Origin: an uncultured Alphaproteobacteria bacterium
GTDB lineage: Bacteria; Pseudomonadota; Alphaproteobacteria; RF32; CAG-239
Direction: 5' to 3'
Length of the DNA stretch: 64,000 bases
Assembly (NCBI GenBank): GCA_944392295.1
Contig: CALXWE010000003.1
Location: 83,502-147,501 of the forward strand
Of the stretch, positions 48,185 through 57,642 are shown in pieces. Made by a program: the position numbers and the translations under genes. Numbering within the stretch: position 1 is the first letter of the stretch; every line of letters begins with the position of its first letter. The notes below the pieces were generated by a model. That model did not search any database. It had not been told where the DNA came from and saw only the letters and a program-made list of their open reading frames with translations.

Positions 48185-49636
48185 ATGAATAAAATTATAA
48201 ACGCATTCCAAAACTTATTTAAATCTGGCAAGCATACTTCCTTTTTCTCTTCAGAATGGTGGAAAACGGCGACCCCACAACTACTTGAAGATGAGATTAA
48301 AAATGGGGTTAATGTTAATACCAGAAACGATGATGGTTTTACACCTCTGATGTTTGCTGCAGCCATTGCACAAAATCCAGAATTGATTAATACTCTAATA
48401 CAAGCAGGTGCTGATGTTAATGCCAAAGATAGCGAAGGTTTAACTCCTTTGATGGATGCAGCTAGCGTGAATCCTAATCCAGAAATTACTCGTGCATTAA
48501 TAAAAGCGGGAGCTGAGGTTAATAATAAAGATGGAAATACTTCAGAACCACTTATGTTGGCTATTAGAGATAATAATTCAGAAGTAATCAAAGAATTAAT
48601 TCGTTCAGGAGCTGATGTTAACATTAAGAATATACTCTATGGAACCCCTTTATTGCTGGCAATATCAAAGAATCATGGCTTAGATGTAATAAATGAACTA
48701 ATTAGAGCCGGAGCTGATGTCAATGCAATGGATGAATTTGGCCGTCTTCCATTAACAGAGGCTTTAAGAAAGAATTGTAGTCCCGAATTAATATGTGCTT
48801 TGATTGATGCTGGAGCAGATGTTAATGCTGGATATGTTAAACCTCTAGATCGGGCTATTGTAAATAAATATCCACAAGAGGTTCTTAGCACCCTTATTCA
48901 AGCTGGAGCGGAACTAAATGAAAGATATGATAATGGTGGTACTCTTTTATTCCAAGCAATAGTTGATGAAAATATATGTGCCATTAATTCACTTATTCAG
49001 GCAGGAGCAGAGGTTAATCTTAGGGATAGTGACGGGATTACACCTCTAATGTGTGCAGTAAGTAAAAACTTAGATACAGAAATAGTTACAAATTTAATTC
49101 AAGCTGGGGCAGATGTTAATGCAAAAAATGGAAATTTAGGAACACCACTTATGTATGCAATATGTAATAATCGACCGATTGAAATCATTATTACTTTAAT
49201 TAAAGCTGGGGCTGAGATAAACATTCAAGATAGTAGCGGCTTTACACCATTAATGACTGCAGCTAGTACTAATATTAATCCTCAAGTAATAGATGTATTA
49301 ATTATTTCAGGAGCTGATATTAATATTACAGGACTATTAGGTAAAAATGCTTTAATGTATGCAGCACAAAATAATCCAAATCCAGATGTTCTTTTAACTT
49401 TAATAAAGTATGGTTGTGATATTAATGCAAAGGCAGATGATGTAAATTATACACCTTTGATGTATGCTGCAAAATATAATAAGAATCCTCAAGTTTTAGA
49501 AGTATTACTCAAATGTGGAGCTGATACAAAAGAAAGAAGCGATGAAGGAAAAACAGCATTAGATTATGCAAAAGAAAATCCTAATATATACCAAACTGAT
49601 GCTTTCTGGTTGCTTAATGATAAGACATATGAGTAA
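48185..49636 (+). CDS. Ankyrin-repeat protein (~13 ANK repeats)
   Basis: 483 aa of consecutive ~33-aa units ...G.TPLM.A.......E.I..LI.AGADVNAK.... The antisense ORFs are artefacts of the repeat. Confidence 0.95.
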   Translation: MNKIINAFQNLFKSGKHTSFFSSEWWKTATPQLLEDEIKNGVNVNTRNDDGFTPLMFAAAIAQNPELINTLIQAGADVNAKDSEGLTPLMDAASVNPNPEITRALIKAGAEVNNKDGNTSEPLMLAIRDNNSEVIKELIRSGADVNIKNILYGTPLLLAISKNHGLDVINELIRAGADVNAMDEFGRLPLTEALRKNCSPELICALIDAGADVNAGYVKPLDRAIVNKYPQEVLSTLIQAGAELNERYDNGGTLLFQAIVDENICAINSLIQAGAEVNLRDSDGITPLMCAVSKNLDTEIVTNLIQAGADVNAKNGNLGTPLMYAICNNRPIEIIITLIKAGAEINIQDSSGFTPLMTAASTNINPQVIDVLIISGADINITGLLGKNALMYAAQNNPNPDVLLTLIKYGCDINAKADDVNYTPLMYAAKYNKNPQVLEVLLKCGADTKERSDEGKTALDYAKENPNIYQTDAFWLLNDKTYE

Positions 49637-49810
49637 ATAATTGCCCTATAACATCCAGATTTACTTTTCCTAATAAAATCTATATCCAAGCCAGAATCGC
49701 GCATATAGAGCAGAAAAACTTTTGTTATTCAAAAATAAAAGTTACTTCAACCTCTGATTCCTAACAACCACAAGTTAAGCCGATGCAAAAAAAATAGCTC
49801 GAGAACCGCG

Positions 49811-49933
49811 AGTTCACTCCAGCCACAGAATACGAACCGTTAGAAATGGCGGTTTTTTCTTTATATATCAAGCATTTATACTGGTTCGGATGTTTAAAAG
49901 TCAAAATAGGCTTTTTTGGAACAACATCCGAAC
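49811..49933 (+). repeat. Diverged second copy of the module that follows tRNA-Gln (tRNA T-arm/3' remnant, terminator hairpin, 11-bp-stem hairpin)
   Basis: gagttcactccagccacag matches ggttcgaatccagccac..ccagccacag of the tRNA. ..agaaatggcg.tttt.. and ..caagcattt.. match 47914-47960. Hairpin gttcggatgtt/aacatccgaac (49884-49894/49923-49933) corresponds to gttcgaagatta/taatcttcgaac (47966-47977/48003-48014). Confidence 0.75.
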
Positions 49934-50209
49934 TTTTTTGATTTTCAATCTTTGTATTTCAATAGCTTACGGGATTTTAATCAATTTCGTATCTCACCTG
50001 ATATATATTATCCTCCCCCAGACTCGATATTGTTTTTTTTCAACTTATCGTCATCAATGACTTGAGGTTCAGTTTAATAAAAACAAAAATGAGATTTCAT
50101 CACATCAATTTTCCAAAAAATAAATATCTCAACTAGAATTTTCTAAAAAATGAATTAAAATGCATTATATGATTATAAAATAAGATCATTTCATAAAAAG
50201 GAAAATAAA

Positions 50210-53200
50210 ATGCATATATCTTCAACAGAATTGGAAAAATTGAGTAACACAAGACAATCACAAGAAAAATTGCCATTATTGTTAAGAAGGCTAATAACAA
50301 ACAATCTCGATGGGAAATACATTGTTAACTTAGATATTCCCGGAGGAGATAGTATTTGGAAACCAGGAGCTGATGGTTATGTACAAACCTTAGAAAATAG
50401 CATATTAGGCGAAGCTGGAATTTACCTAATTGAATGTGGACAAGATGAAAGCTATCAAACAAAATTTCAAAAAGATTTAGATAAACGTACTGAAAATCTT
50501 TCCCAAAATTCAAATAAGACGTTTGTTTTTATTACTACTCGTAAAGTTAGAAATAAAGATGCCTCAATTGCAAAGGCGCAAAAGAAAAATCCTAAAGCTA
50601 ATTTTTGGAAAAATATAAGAATATTTGATGCTGACGACATCGAAACATGGCTTGAACATGACTATGCAACAAGCGCTTGGCTTTGTGATGTTTTAGAAAA
50701 ACCATTCGATGATATATATAATTTCGAAAAGAAATGGCAAGACTGGATAAAATCAACTATTATACCCTTAGATGAAAATATTATTCTTGCAAGAAAAAAT
50801 ATATATGAAAAAGAAATAAATGACTGGCTTTTACATGATAAAGGGTTAATAGAGGTACGAGCATGTACAAAAAAAGAAAGTCTATTATATCTTCTAGCCT
50901 CGATAATGAAAATTTCATCTTTAGAAGAACGAGAAGATATTAAATCTAAAATTACAATTATTGAAGATAGAAAACAATGGAATCGAGTTGTTGAAAATGG
51001 TAACTCTAAAAAATTAATTTTGGTACCAATGTTTGATATTCCTGAGGGTATTCACACTCTTTTAGAAAAAGGATATACAATATACTTGCCTTTAGCTAAA
51101 AAAGATTCATTTCAAACCAATAAAAAACTAGATGTTGATAATATTTGCAATTACTTATTGGAGCCCATAATTGAAGCTAAATATGGGTATGAATATCAAA
51201 AGTTGATATATAAAAATTTTAGTAATAATGACATGTTGTTATTGCAAAGAATATTAAGAAATCCTAAGGCTCCTCTTCCGAAACCTATTTGGGCAAATAA
51301 AAACTATGCTAATATTTTGCTATTTTTGAGCATATTCAGCTCTTGGGATGACTTAAATAGAAAAGATATAGAACTTATTGAAAAAACTCTAAAAATACCA
51401 TACAGCGAAATCAAAAACAAATTAATCGAATTGATGAATATAGATGAAGCTCCTATACAACAAATAGGTAATATTTTTCAAGTAACAAATCCAAAATTAC
51501 TTATTGAATATTTAGGAGCCTATCTCACTAAAGAACAATTTTTTTCTTTATTAAAATCCGTTCAAGAGGTTTTAACAACAATTGATAATGAGTATTCAAA
51601 AGAAAAAGACTATTTTAATTTTGATTTTTTTCACAATAAAGCAAAATACTCAGAACAAATAAAATCATCTTCAACAAAGGGGCTAGCCTTATTTGCAAAT
51701 AATGATAATTATTTTAATTCAAATGTAAAAATCAAAGAACAAATAAATAGAGTAATCAAGGATATTTTTGAAGATTGTGATTATAAATTATGGCTTTTCT
51801 TAGGTTCTTATATGCCAATGCTATTTGAAGCATCTCCAGAAATTATGTTAACAGAAACAGATCGTATGCTAGATAACAAAGTAATCCTAGACACTATAAT
51901 AGAAGAAGGCTCCATATCTTTTGGTGGAAATTGTTATTATGCTGGTATTTTATGGGGATTAGAAAGTGTAGCATGGCTTCCAGAATACCTAAATAAGGCA
52001 ACCAGTATACTTTTAAAAATGTATAGTAATTGGGTTAACGGCTCTGGATATGCCAACTCTCCATTATCAAGTCTTCACAAAATATATTGCGCTTGGTACC
52101 CGCACACTTCTGTTGATACAGAAGATAGGAAGAAAATTCTTACAACGTTTATTAATGGTCGCAAATACAATGAAGCTCTCACAAATTTGCTAATTAAACT
52201 GCTTCCACAGCGAAATGAATCTTTGTGTAGTTCAACTGAACCAAGTTATTTAGAATATAAACGTTTAAAACTGAAAAATGCGGATGTTTGGAATATGTAT
52301 AACTTTGTTTTTGAAAAGTTATTGATATTAATGGATGAGCTAAATAATTGGGATATTTTAATTGGATGTTACTTTGATCTTTCAACAGACCAAAAACAAA
52401 AACTATATGACAAACTAAATTCATTAGATTTTAGTACCATTCAAGATGATAAAAAAATAGAAATACAGAAAGCAATTTTATTAAAAACATACTGGTTTGA
52501 TGAGTTTGGCAAAAATAAAGAATTTTCTAAAGAAGATAAGAACCTAATTGAGAGCTTAAAAACCATAATTTCAAAAATTAATTTTTCAGATAAACATAAG
52601 CAATATGTGGCCTTATTTACAAGCTACGACTATAAGCATAATGATACTATTTATGCTAAGAAGTTAAAAGATCTTTTAGATGATGAAGGAATAGAGGGAA
52701 TAATTCATCTTATAGGACATATTGAAGATAGCTATGGTTTTAGACTGATAGATGCGTTAAAATCGCAAACATTTTCTGAAGAACAAATAAAAGAAATATT
52801 GTCATACTTAGGACAAAATGAAAAAATAGATAAAATTTTATTTAATTTTATCGGACAATATTTTTGGAATAATGAAATGCCGTTTATCAATCAATATTGG
52901 AATACGAATTGGAAGGATAGCATTAAGCAAAATATCTTACTGAATTTGAGTTCATCTCCAGAATTATGGAAATGGATTGAAACAAATCATTTAGAGAATT
53001 TATACTGGAGCAAGAAAATATTCAGAGGAGATTTTTCTGCCTCAAAACTTGATTTTATTATACCTAGATTAAAACAATATAATAATACGGATTCTCTTTT
53101 AGAAATAGTTTTTTACAATAAAAATACTATAAACACAAAGGAAATTGTTGATGCTTTAATACTGTATACCGGAGAGCATCATTTACAACTAAGTAGCTAT

Positions 53201-53911
53201 TATATAACAGAATTATTTGATATCTTATATGCTAATAATGTTGAACAAGATTTGTTAATTAAACTTGAAATGAAATATCTAAAGATTTTAGATCATAATG
53301 GTATCCCAAGAGCAATAAAAAAAGAACTTTCGACCCCTGCTTCTTCGTTTTTTAGTGATATTGTAAAGATGTTATATGGAGAAGAAAGTTTAGATGATGA
53401 TAAGCGTGAAAAAATAAGACAACAATCTAAGAATGAGAATGACGAAAGAACAAAAGAATTAGCTATTTCACTCATGATAAAAATGGATAAGAATTTTATA
53501 TTTGAAAATAAAAGAGATATAAAATCTTGGTTTGAGAATAATAAAACCAATCTGCAAAAATTAAATCGTTTGCAGTATGGACTCTCTTTTATTGGGCAAA
53601 TGTTCGGACAGAGTCCTAATGATGCCAGTGATAATATTTGGCCGCTTAAGGAAATAAGAGAAATAATTGAAGCTGAAGAAAGTGAGATTTTAGAAAAAGG
53701 AATACTTATTGGAAAACATAACTCTATAGGTATTCGCGCTATAACTCCTGATGCTAAAGATATGTGGACCGCATATAATGAATATAAGGAGTATGCGAAA
53801 ATAGTAAGATTTCAATATCCTAGAACATCAAATCTTCTTGAAAAGATTGCAGCGGGGTACAAAGAATTAGCGGAAAGTGATGAGAATTCACACAAACAAA
53901 GATATATGTAA
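50210..53911 (+). CDS. Orphan 1233-aa protein: ~170-aa N-terminal globular domain plus a long all-helical repeat-like body; no P-loop seen
   Basis: Uninterrupted ORF with AAAGGAAA RBS, its own upstream AT-rich region and its own terminator. I found no Walker A, helicase, methylase or known nuclease signature with confidence. Confidence 0.8.
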   Translation: MHISSTELEKLSNTRQSQEKLPLLLRRLITNNLDGKYIVNLDIPGGDSIWKPGADGYVQTLENSILGEAGIYLIECGQDESYQTKFQKDLDKRTENLSQNSNKTFVFITTRKVRNKDASIAKAQKKNPKANFWKNIRIFDADDIETWLEHDYATSAWLCDVLEKPFDDIYNFEKKWQDWIKSTIIPLDENIILARKNIYEKEINDWLLHDKGLIEVRACTKKESLLYLLASIMKISSLEEREDIKSKITIIEDRKQWNRVVENGNSKKLILVPMFDIPEGIHTLLEKGYTIYLPLAKKDSFQTNKKLDVDNICNYLLEPIIEAKYGYEYQKLIYKNFSNNDMLLLQRILRNPKAPLPKPIWANKNYANILLFLSIFSSWDDLNRKDIELIEKTLKIPYSEIKNKLIELMNIDEAPIQQIGNIFQVTNPKLLIEYLGAYLTKEQFFSLLKSVQEVLTTIDNEYSKEKDYFNFDFFHNKAKYSEQIKSSSTKGLALFANNDNYFNSNVKIKEQINRVIKDIFEDCDYKLWLFLGSYMPMLFEASPEIMLTETDRMLDNKVILDTIIEEGSISFGGNCYYAGILWGLESVAWLPEYLNKATSILLKMYSNWVNGSGYANSPLSSLHKIYCAWYPHTSVDTEDRKKILTTFINGRKYNEALTNLLIKLLPQRNESLCSSTEPSYLEYKRLKLKNADVWNMYNFVFEKLLILMDELNNWDILIGCYFDLSTDQKQKLYDKLNSLDFSTIQDDKKIEIQKAILLKTYWFDEFGKNKEFSKEDKNLIESLKTIISKINFSDKHKQYVALFTSYDYKHNDTIYAKKLKDLLDDEGIEGIIHLIGHIEDSYGFRLIDALKSQTFSEEQIKEILSYLGQNEKIDKILFNFIGQYFWNNEMPFINQYWNTNWKDSIKQNILLNLSSSPELWKWIETNHLENLYWSKKIFRGDFSASKLDFIIPRLKQYNNTDSLLEIVFYNKNTINTKEIVDALILYTGEHHLQLSSYYITELFDILYANNVEQDLLIKLEMKYLKILDHNGIPRAIKKELSTPASSFFSDIVKMLYGEESLDDDKREKIRQQSKNENDERTKELAISLMIKMDKNFIFENKRDIKSWFENNKTNLQKLNRLQYGLSFIGQMFGQSPNDASDNIWPLKEIREIIEAEESEILEKGILIGKHNSIGIRAITPDAKDMWTAYNEYKEYAKIVRFQYPRTSNLLEKIAAGYKELAESDENSHKQRYM

Positions 53912-53998
53912 ATAATCAACATACGACTATTTTGTTACAATTCTTACTTGATATAATATATCATCGAAGTATTAGTTTTATATAAAATGCTCAAATAA

Positions 53999-54034
53999 AG
54001 AGGCAAGGATATCAAAGTCCTTGTCTCTTTTTTA
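53999..54034 (+). terminator. Intrinsic terminator of the 1233-aa gene
   Basis: agaggcaagga (53999-54009) pairs with tccttgtctct (54018-54028), followed by ttttt. Confidence 0.75.
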
Positions 54035-54111
54035 ACATAATGTCATTAGTGACAATAAGTATCTAAAACCTTAACTTGATATTTATAAACTATGCTTATA
54101 ATATTTTAAAT

Positions 54112-55263
54112 ATGATTACGGCAGATGAAATAAAAGCCAAATATTGGGCTTTGGAAGTATTAGCTTCCAACAACCAAGCGGATATGGGTAACATTTCCGG
54201 CTCTTTAGGCACGTCCAAAATTGACTTAAACCCACACCAAATAGATGCCGCATTATTTGCCCTAAAATCTCCTTTATCTCAAGGCGTTATTTTAGCAGAT
54301 GAAGTAGGTTTAGGAAAAACTATTGAAGCCGGAATTGTTATATCTGAATATTTTTCTCGGGGTTTTACATCTATTTTGGTTGTTGCTCCAGCCAGTTTAT
54401 GCCAACAATGGCAAACAGAAATGCAAGAAAAGTTTGATCTACCAGCTCAAATTATTGATACCAAAATATATAAGGACTCCTTAAAAGAAGAAAAAGACGT
54501 CTTTGCCTTTAAGGGAATTACAATTTGTTCATATAACTGTGTTGTTCAACTAAAATCATCCTTCAAACACCATAATTGGGACTTAGTTGTTATTGATGAA
54601 GCCCACAAACTTCGTAATTTCTATAAAGGAAGCACAAAAATTGCCGATGGTATTAATGAAGCTTTTCTTGGAAAAAAGAAATTACTATTAACAGCAACCC
54701 CAATCCAAAACTCCTTAATGGATATATATTCTTTGGTTACCATCATTGATCCTAGCATCTTAGGCAATGAATATGCTTTTATGGAAAATTATATGCATTC
54801 CGAACAGCATCACAATGAATTAAAAAAACGTTTGGCGTGTGTGTTGCACCGAACATTAAGAAAAGATGTTTTAGAATACATAAAATACACCAACAGAGAA
54901 GCAATGACTGTTGCATTCAACCCAACAAAAGCTGAAGAAGAGTTATACAATGAGGTTTCTGCCTATATTCAAGATATTTCTAAAGTAGCTATTACCACAC
55001 GTTTCCGCACTCTGATTGTTTTGATGATAAGAAAATTGATGAGTTCTTCAACCGCCGCGGTTAAAGGAACACTTGAAGGTTTAATGAACCGTTTGGAACA
55101 AATGGAAAAAAGCGGCAAAGAAACTGATATTTTTTCTTCTTTTAACTTTTTCCGCTGTCCAAGTAGATTTACACAAGATATGGATTTAGAAGCATTGGAA
55201 AAATTTCTTGAAATTATATTGATCACGTCTTGGATATCCATTGCCATAAACCTACAGACATAA
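54112..55263 (+). pseudogene. Truncated SNF2-family helicase: N-terminal ATPase lobe only, C-terminal lobe missing
   Basis: MITADEIKAKYW...; motif I ADEVGLGKT, motif II VVIDEAHKLRN, motif III LLLTATPIQNS. The frame ends at 55263 with no helicase-C motifs (IV-VI) anywhere downstream on this strand. Confidence 0.75.
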
Positions 55264-55381
55264 AACATTCCCCGATATATAATTAGAACTTGAATTGGTG
55301 ACAAAATAAATACTGTTTATCTTTATATGGTCACGAAAAGCATATTTTCCACCGCATTGTATAGCAAAATAAAAAATATTT

Positions 55382-55545
55382 AAAATTGTAAATTCCATTT
55401 AACAAAAACCTCTTTTCCATAGATTTTGTTAATTCAAATTTACAAAAACTCAAAAAATACAAAATTGTAAATTCTGATTTACAAAAATTTATGCGGTGGT
55501 TCTAAAATAATAGTTTCATTTTTTAGTGATAATAGTTTCATTTTT
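55382..55545. repeat. Cluster of operator/iteron-like repeats in a non-coding gap
   Basis: aaaattgtaaattccatttaacaaaaa (55382-55408), aattcaaatttacaaaaa (55431-55448), aaaattgtaaattctgatttacaaaaa (55461-55487; contains palindrome TGTAAAT-tctg-ATTTACA), then ataatagtttcattttt twice (55507-55523, 55529-55545). Confidence 0.8.
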
Positions 55546-55616
55546 GCAACAATTATACAATGAGTACAATATTGAAAAACTCAGAAAGACAATACAATTT
55601 TTTATATTTCTAAAAT

Positions 55617-56642
55617 TTAATTTGTTATTTTATTACTATTAAATAAATTTAATTGGTTATCTTCAGCAAAATCATAATCACTATCAAAATGTAAAGTTTC
55701 TGGAATTTTATCGAATATTCTATCATTGTATTGATATACTTTCTTAGCAGAAATAATTTGTCGCTTTTTCATATTTTCATAATGAATGGTTCTGTATTCA
55801 AAGTATGCCACCATTTCATCATCTTGATTTGTTGATTTTATAGGGCATTGACCTTCCATTATTATTTTTTTGAAATATATATCATCCATATTAAATCTAA
55901 TTTTTTTGTTTTGTGTAATACTTTTTCCAATCCACGGATCATCACTATCTACGATTGTAGGATTTGTTATAATGATCTTTTGTAGTTTATAATGTATATC
56001 ATCATTTACATGAACTTTAGCCATATACGATGTAAATTCATTCCTTTTAACAGGAAATGAATGTTCTTTAAGATATCCTATTCCTTTAATTCCATTATTA
56101 GGTTGAAGACAAGTTTCATAAAATTTATTTTTAGCAATAAAAGAATTAGGAAAATCTTGTGGATGGATTTTATTTTTATTTAAGGTTTCTGTATTGGAAA
56201 ATAAAAACATTTTTATTATGTACAAATAAAGATAAAAAGCAATCTTAGTATTTAAAGCAAAACTCTCAGTGTCATTTTTAATTTTTTTTAACTCATCAAC
56301 AAATTCATCCCATACTATTCCAAGTATTTTTTCAGCCCAGTCTTTAATATCTCTATCACTCACTTTTTTTAAGATGAAGTCAATTATAAATTTTCCAACA
56401 ATGATTTCTGCAGGATGATTTTGAATACTATAATTTAGTAGCTCAATAAAACCGCCATGTTCAGCAGGAATAATATAGATTTCTGTTTTTAATTTGTTAT
56501 TGAATAATTTTTTGTTCATTTCTCTGGATATACCCAGAACAGAAGTTGCTGTATTAACAAATACATCTACAGGGATTCTGTGTTCATCCGTATCAAAATG
56601 AATACATAAATCATCAGAAAGTTTACTTTTGGTCAAATTCAT
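55617..56642 (-). CDS. Hypothetical protein (341 aa)
   Basis: Long AT-rich ORF, last gene of a three-ORF minus-strand unit divergent from the recombinase. No family recognised. Confidence 0.6.
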   Translation of the reverse strand: MNLTKSKLSDDLCIHFDTDEHRIPVDVFVNTATSVLGISREMNKKLFNNKLKTEIYIIPAEHGGFIELLNYSIQNHPAEIIVGKFIIDFILKKVSDRDIKDWAEKILGIVWDEFVDELKKIKNDTESFALNTKIAFYLYLYIIKMFLFSNTETLNKNKIHPQDFPNSFIAKNKFYETCLQPNNGIKGIGYLKEHSFPVKRNEFTSYMAKVHVNDDIHYKLQKIIITNPTIVDSDDPWIGKSITQNKKIRFNMDDIYFKKIIMEGQCPIKSTNQDDEMVAYFEYRTIHYENMKKRQIISAKKVYQYNDRIFDKIPETLHFDSDYDFAEDNQLNLFNSNKITN

Positions 56643-56733
56643 TGCTAAATTTCCACATTTTTCCGTAGTGTAACGTATTTTACCTTATAGTGCAATTTTA
56701 ATTTATTGTTCTTTAACAAAATTCATAAATGCA

Positions 56734-57333
56734 TTACTTATATTCCTCATCATAAATAGAAATGATATAATCTACCACTGTTTCTTTGTAAATTATCGGT
56801 GTTGATTTAGGGATCATCTTATCTTTTTTGTATTTTTGTTCCTGCTCTTTGTTACGAAAGTTAATCCAAGCATATTCCTGGTTCTTCTTGATATTGTTAT
56901 CTGAGATAATTCTATCGATGAGTCGCTTGCCAATTTGTGGTTTCTTTAGCTTAATTTGTTCAGCAACTTGTGTATACGTCAATGGGTAATTGGTAAGTTT
57001 ATCAACTTCTACCTTTTTAACCACTGTTTTAGGTGTTTCATCGGTTTCATCATAACTAATCAATTGTGTAATATCACTTTTTGTTTTCGATGTAGCTTCC
57101 GTCCCATAATAAACCTTAATTTTGAAAGCATTGTTACTTGCAAACTCACTTTTATCAATACTTTCGTAGATAGCTTTAATTTCAGGAGGCCATGTAGATA
57201 AATCCATATCTATTACTTGTTCTTTTTGCAATCCAACAAATTGCAATGCCAAAGATAAGTTGTTTGAGAGGGGAAGATTGGATTTTGAGATAACTTTTAA
57301 CTTCTTTATCTGTTGCTGCTGTAATTTCATCAT
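56734..57333 (-). CDS. Hypothetical protein (199 aa); 5' end overlaps the upstream ORF in another frame
   Basis: ORF MMKLQQQQIKKLKVISKSNLPLS.... It overlaps ORF 57182..57514 by 152 nt. Confidence 0.5.
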   Translation of the reverse strand: MMKLQQQQIKKLKVISKSNLPLSNNLSLALQFVGLQKEQVIDMDLSTWPPEIKAIYESIDKSEFASNNAFKIKVYYGTEATSKTKSDITQLISYDETDETPKTVVKKVEVDKLTNYPLTYTQVAEQIKLKKPQIGKRLIDRIISDNNIKKNQEYAWINFRNKEQEQKYKKDKMIPKSTPIIYKETVVDYIISIYDEEYK

Positions 57334-57514
57334 TTTTATCTATTTTGGATATTCTGCCTAAATTTGTGGTTTGTTTACGACCTTGATTAACAATATGAAC
57401 AATATCTTGAGGAATATAACCTTGTTGTAAAAGCCCTTTAACCAAACACTTTTCTTCTGGAGTTAAACCTCCATCTTTTGATTTTTTGCGATTTGGTTTA
57501 ATATTCTGTAACAT
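57182..57514 (-). CDS. Small putative HTH protein (110 aa as read; C-terminal ~30 aa look out of frame)
   Basis: ...GGLTPEEKCLVKGLLQQGYIPQDIVHIVNQGRKQTTNLGRISKI... resembles a short HTH. The tail ...LIFGIAICWIAKRTSNRYGFIYMAS looks like non-coding read-through. Confidence 0.45.
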   Translation of the reverse strand: MLQNIKPNRKKSKDGGLTPEEKCLVKGLLQQGYIPQDIVHIVNQGRKQTTNLGRISKIDKNDEITAATDKEVKSYLKIQSSPLKQLIFGIAICWIAKRTSNRYGFIYMAS

Positions 57515-57642
57515 AGTATACTCTCTTTACGCTTAATTAAGTTTTAGATTTACTGTATCTGCTATTAATTTTACCATTTAATTTATTGATGATATATTGT
57601 CTTTCTTTTATCGTCAAATCTTATTTTATTATAGGAGAAAAT

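Noticed and set aside
48160-48891. Minus-strand ORFs 48160..48624 and 48673..48891, antisense to the ankyrin gene
   Set aside because: These are repeat-driven antisense open frames (Ser/Ala/Leu-rich) without RBS. The plus-strand ANK repeat reading is unambiguous.
54969-55304. 111-aa minus-strand ORF across the end of the helicase fragment
   Set aside because: It is antisense to the SNF2 fragment, has no RBS, and its composition is typical of an AT-rich chance ORF.
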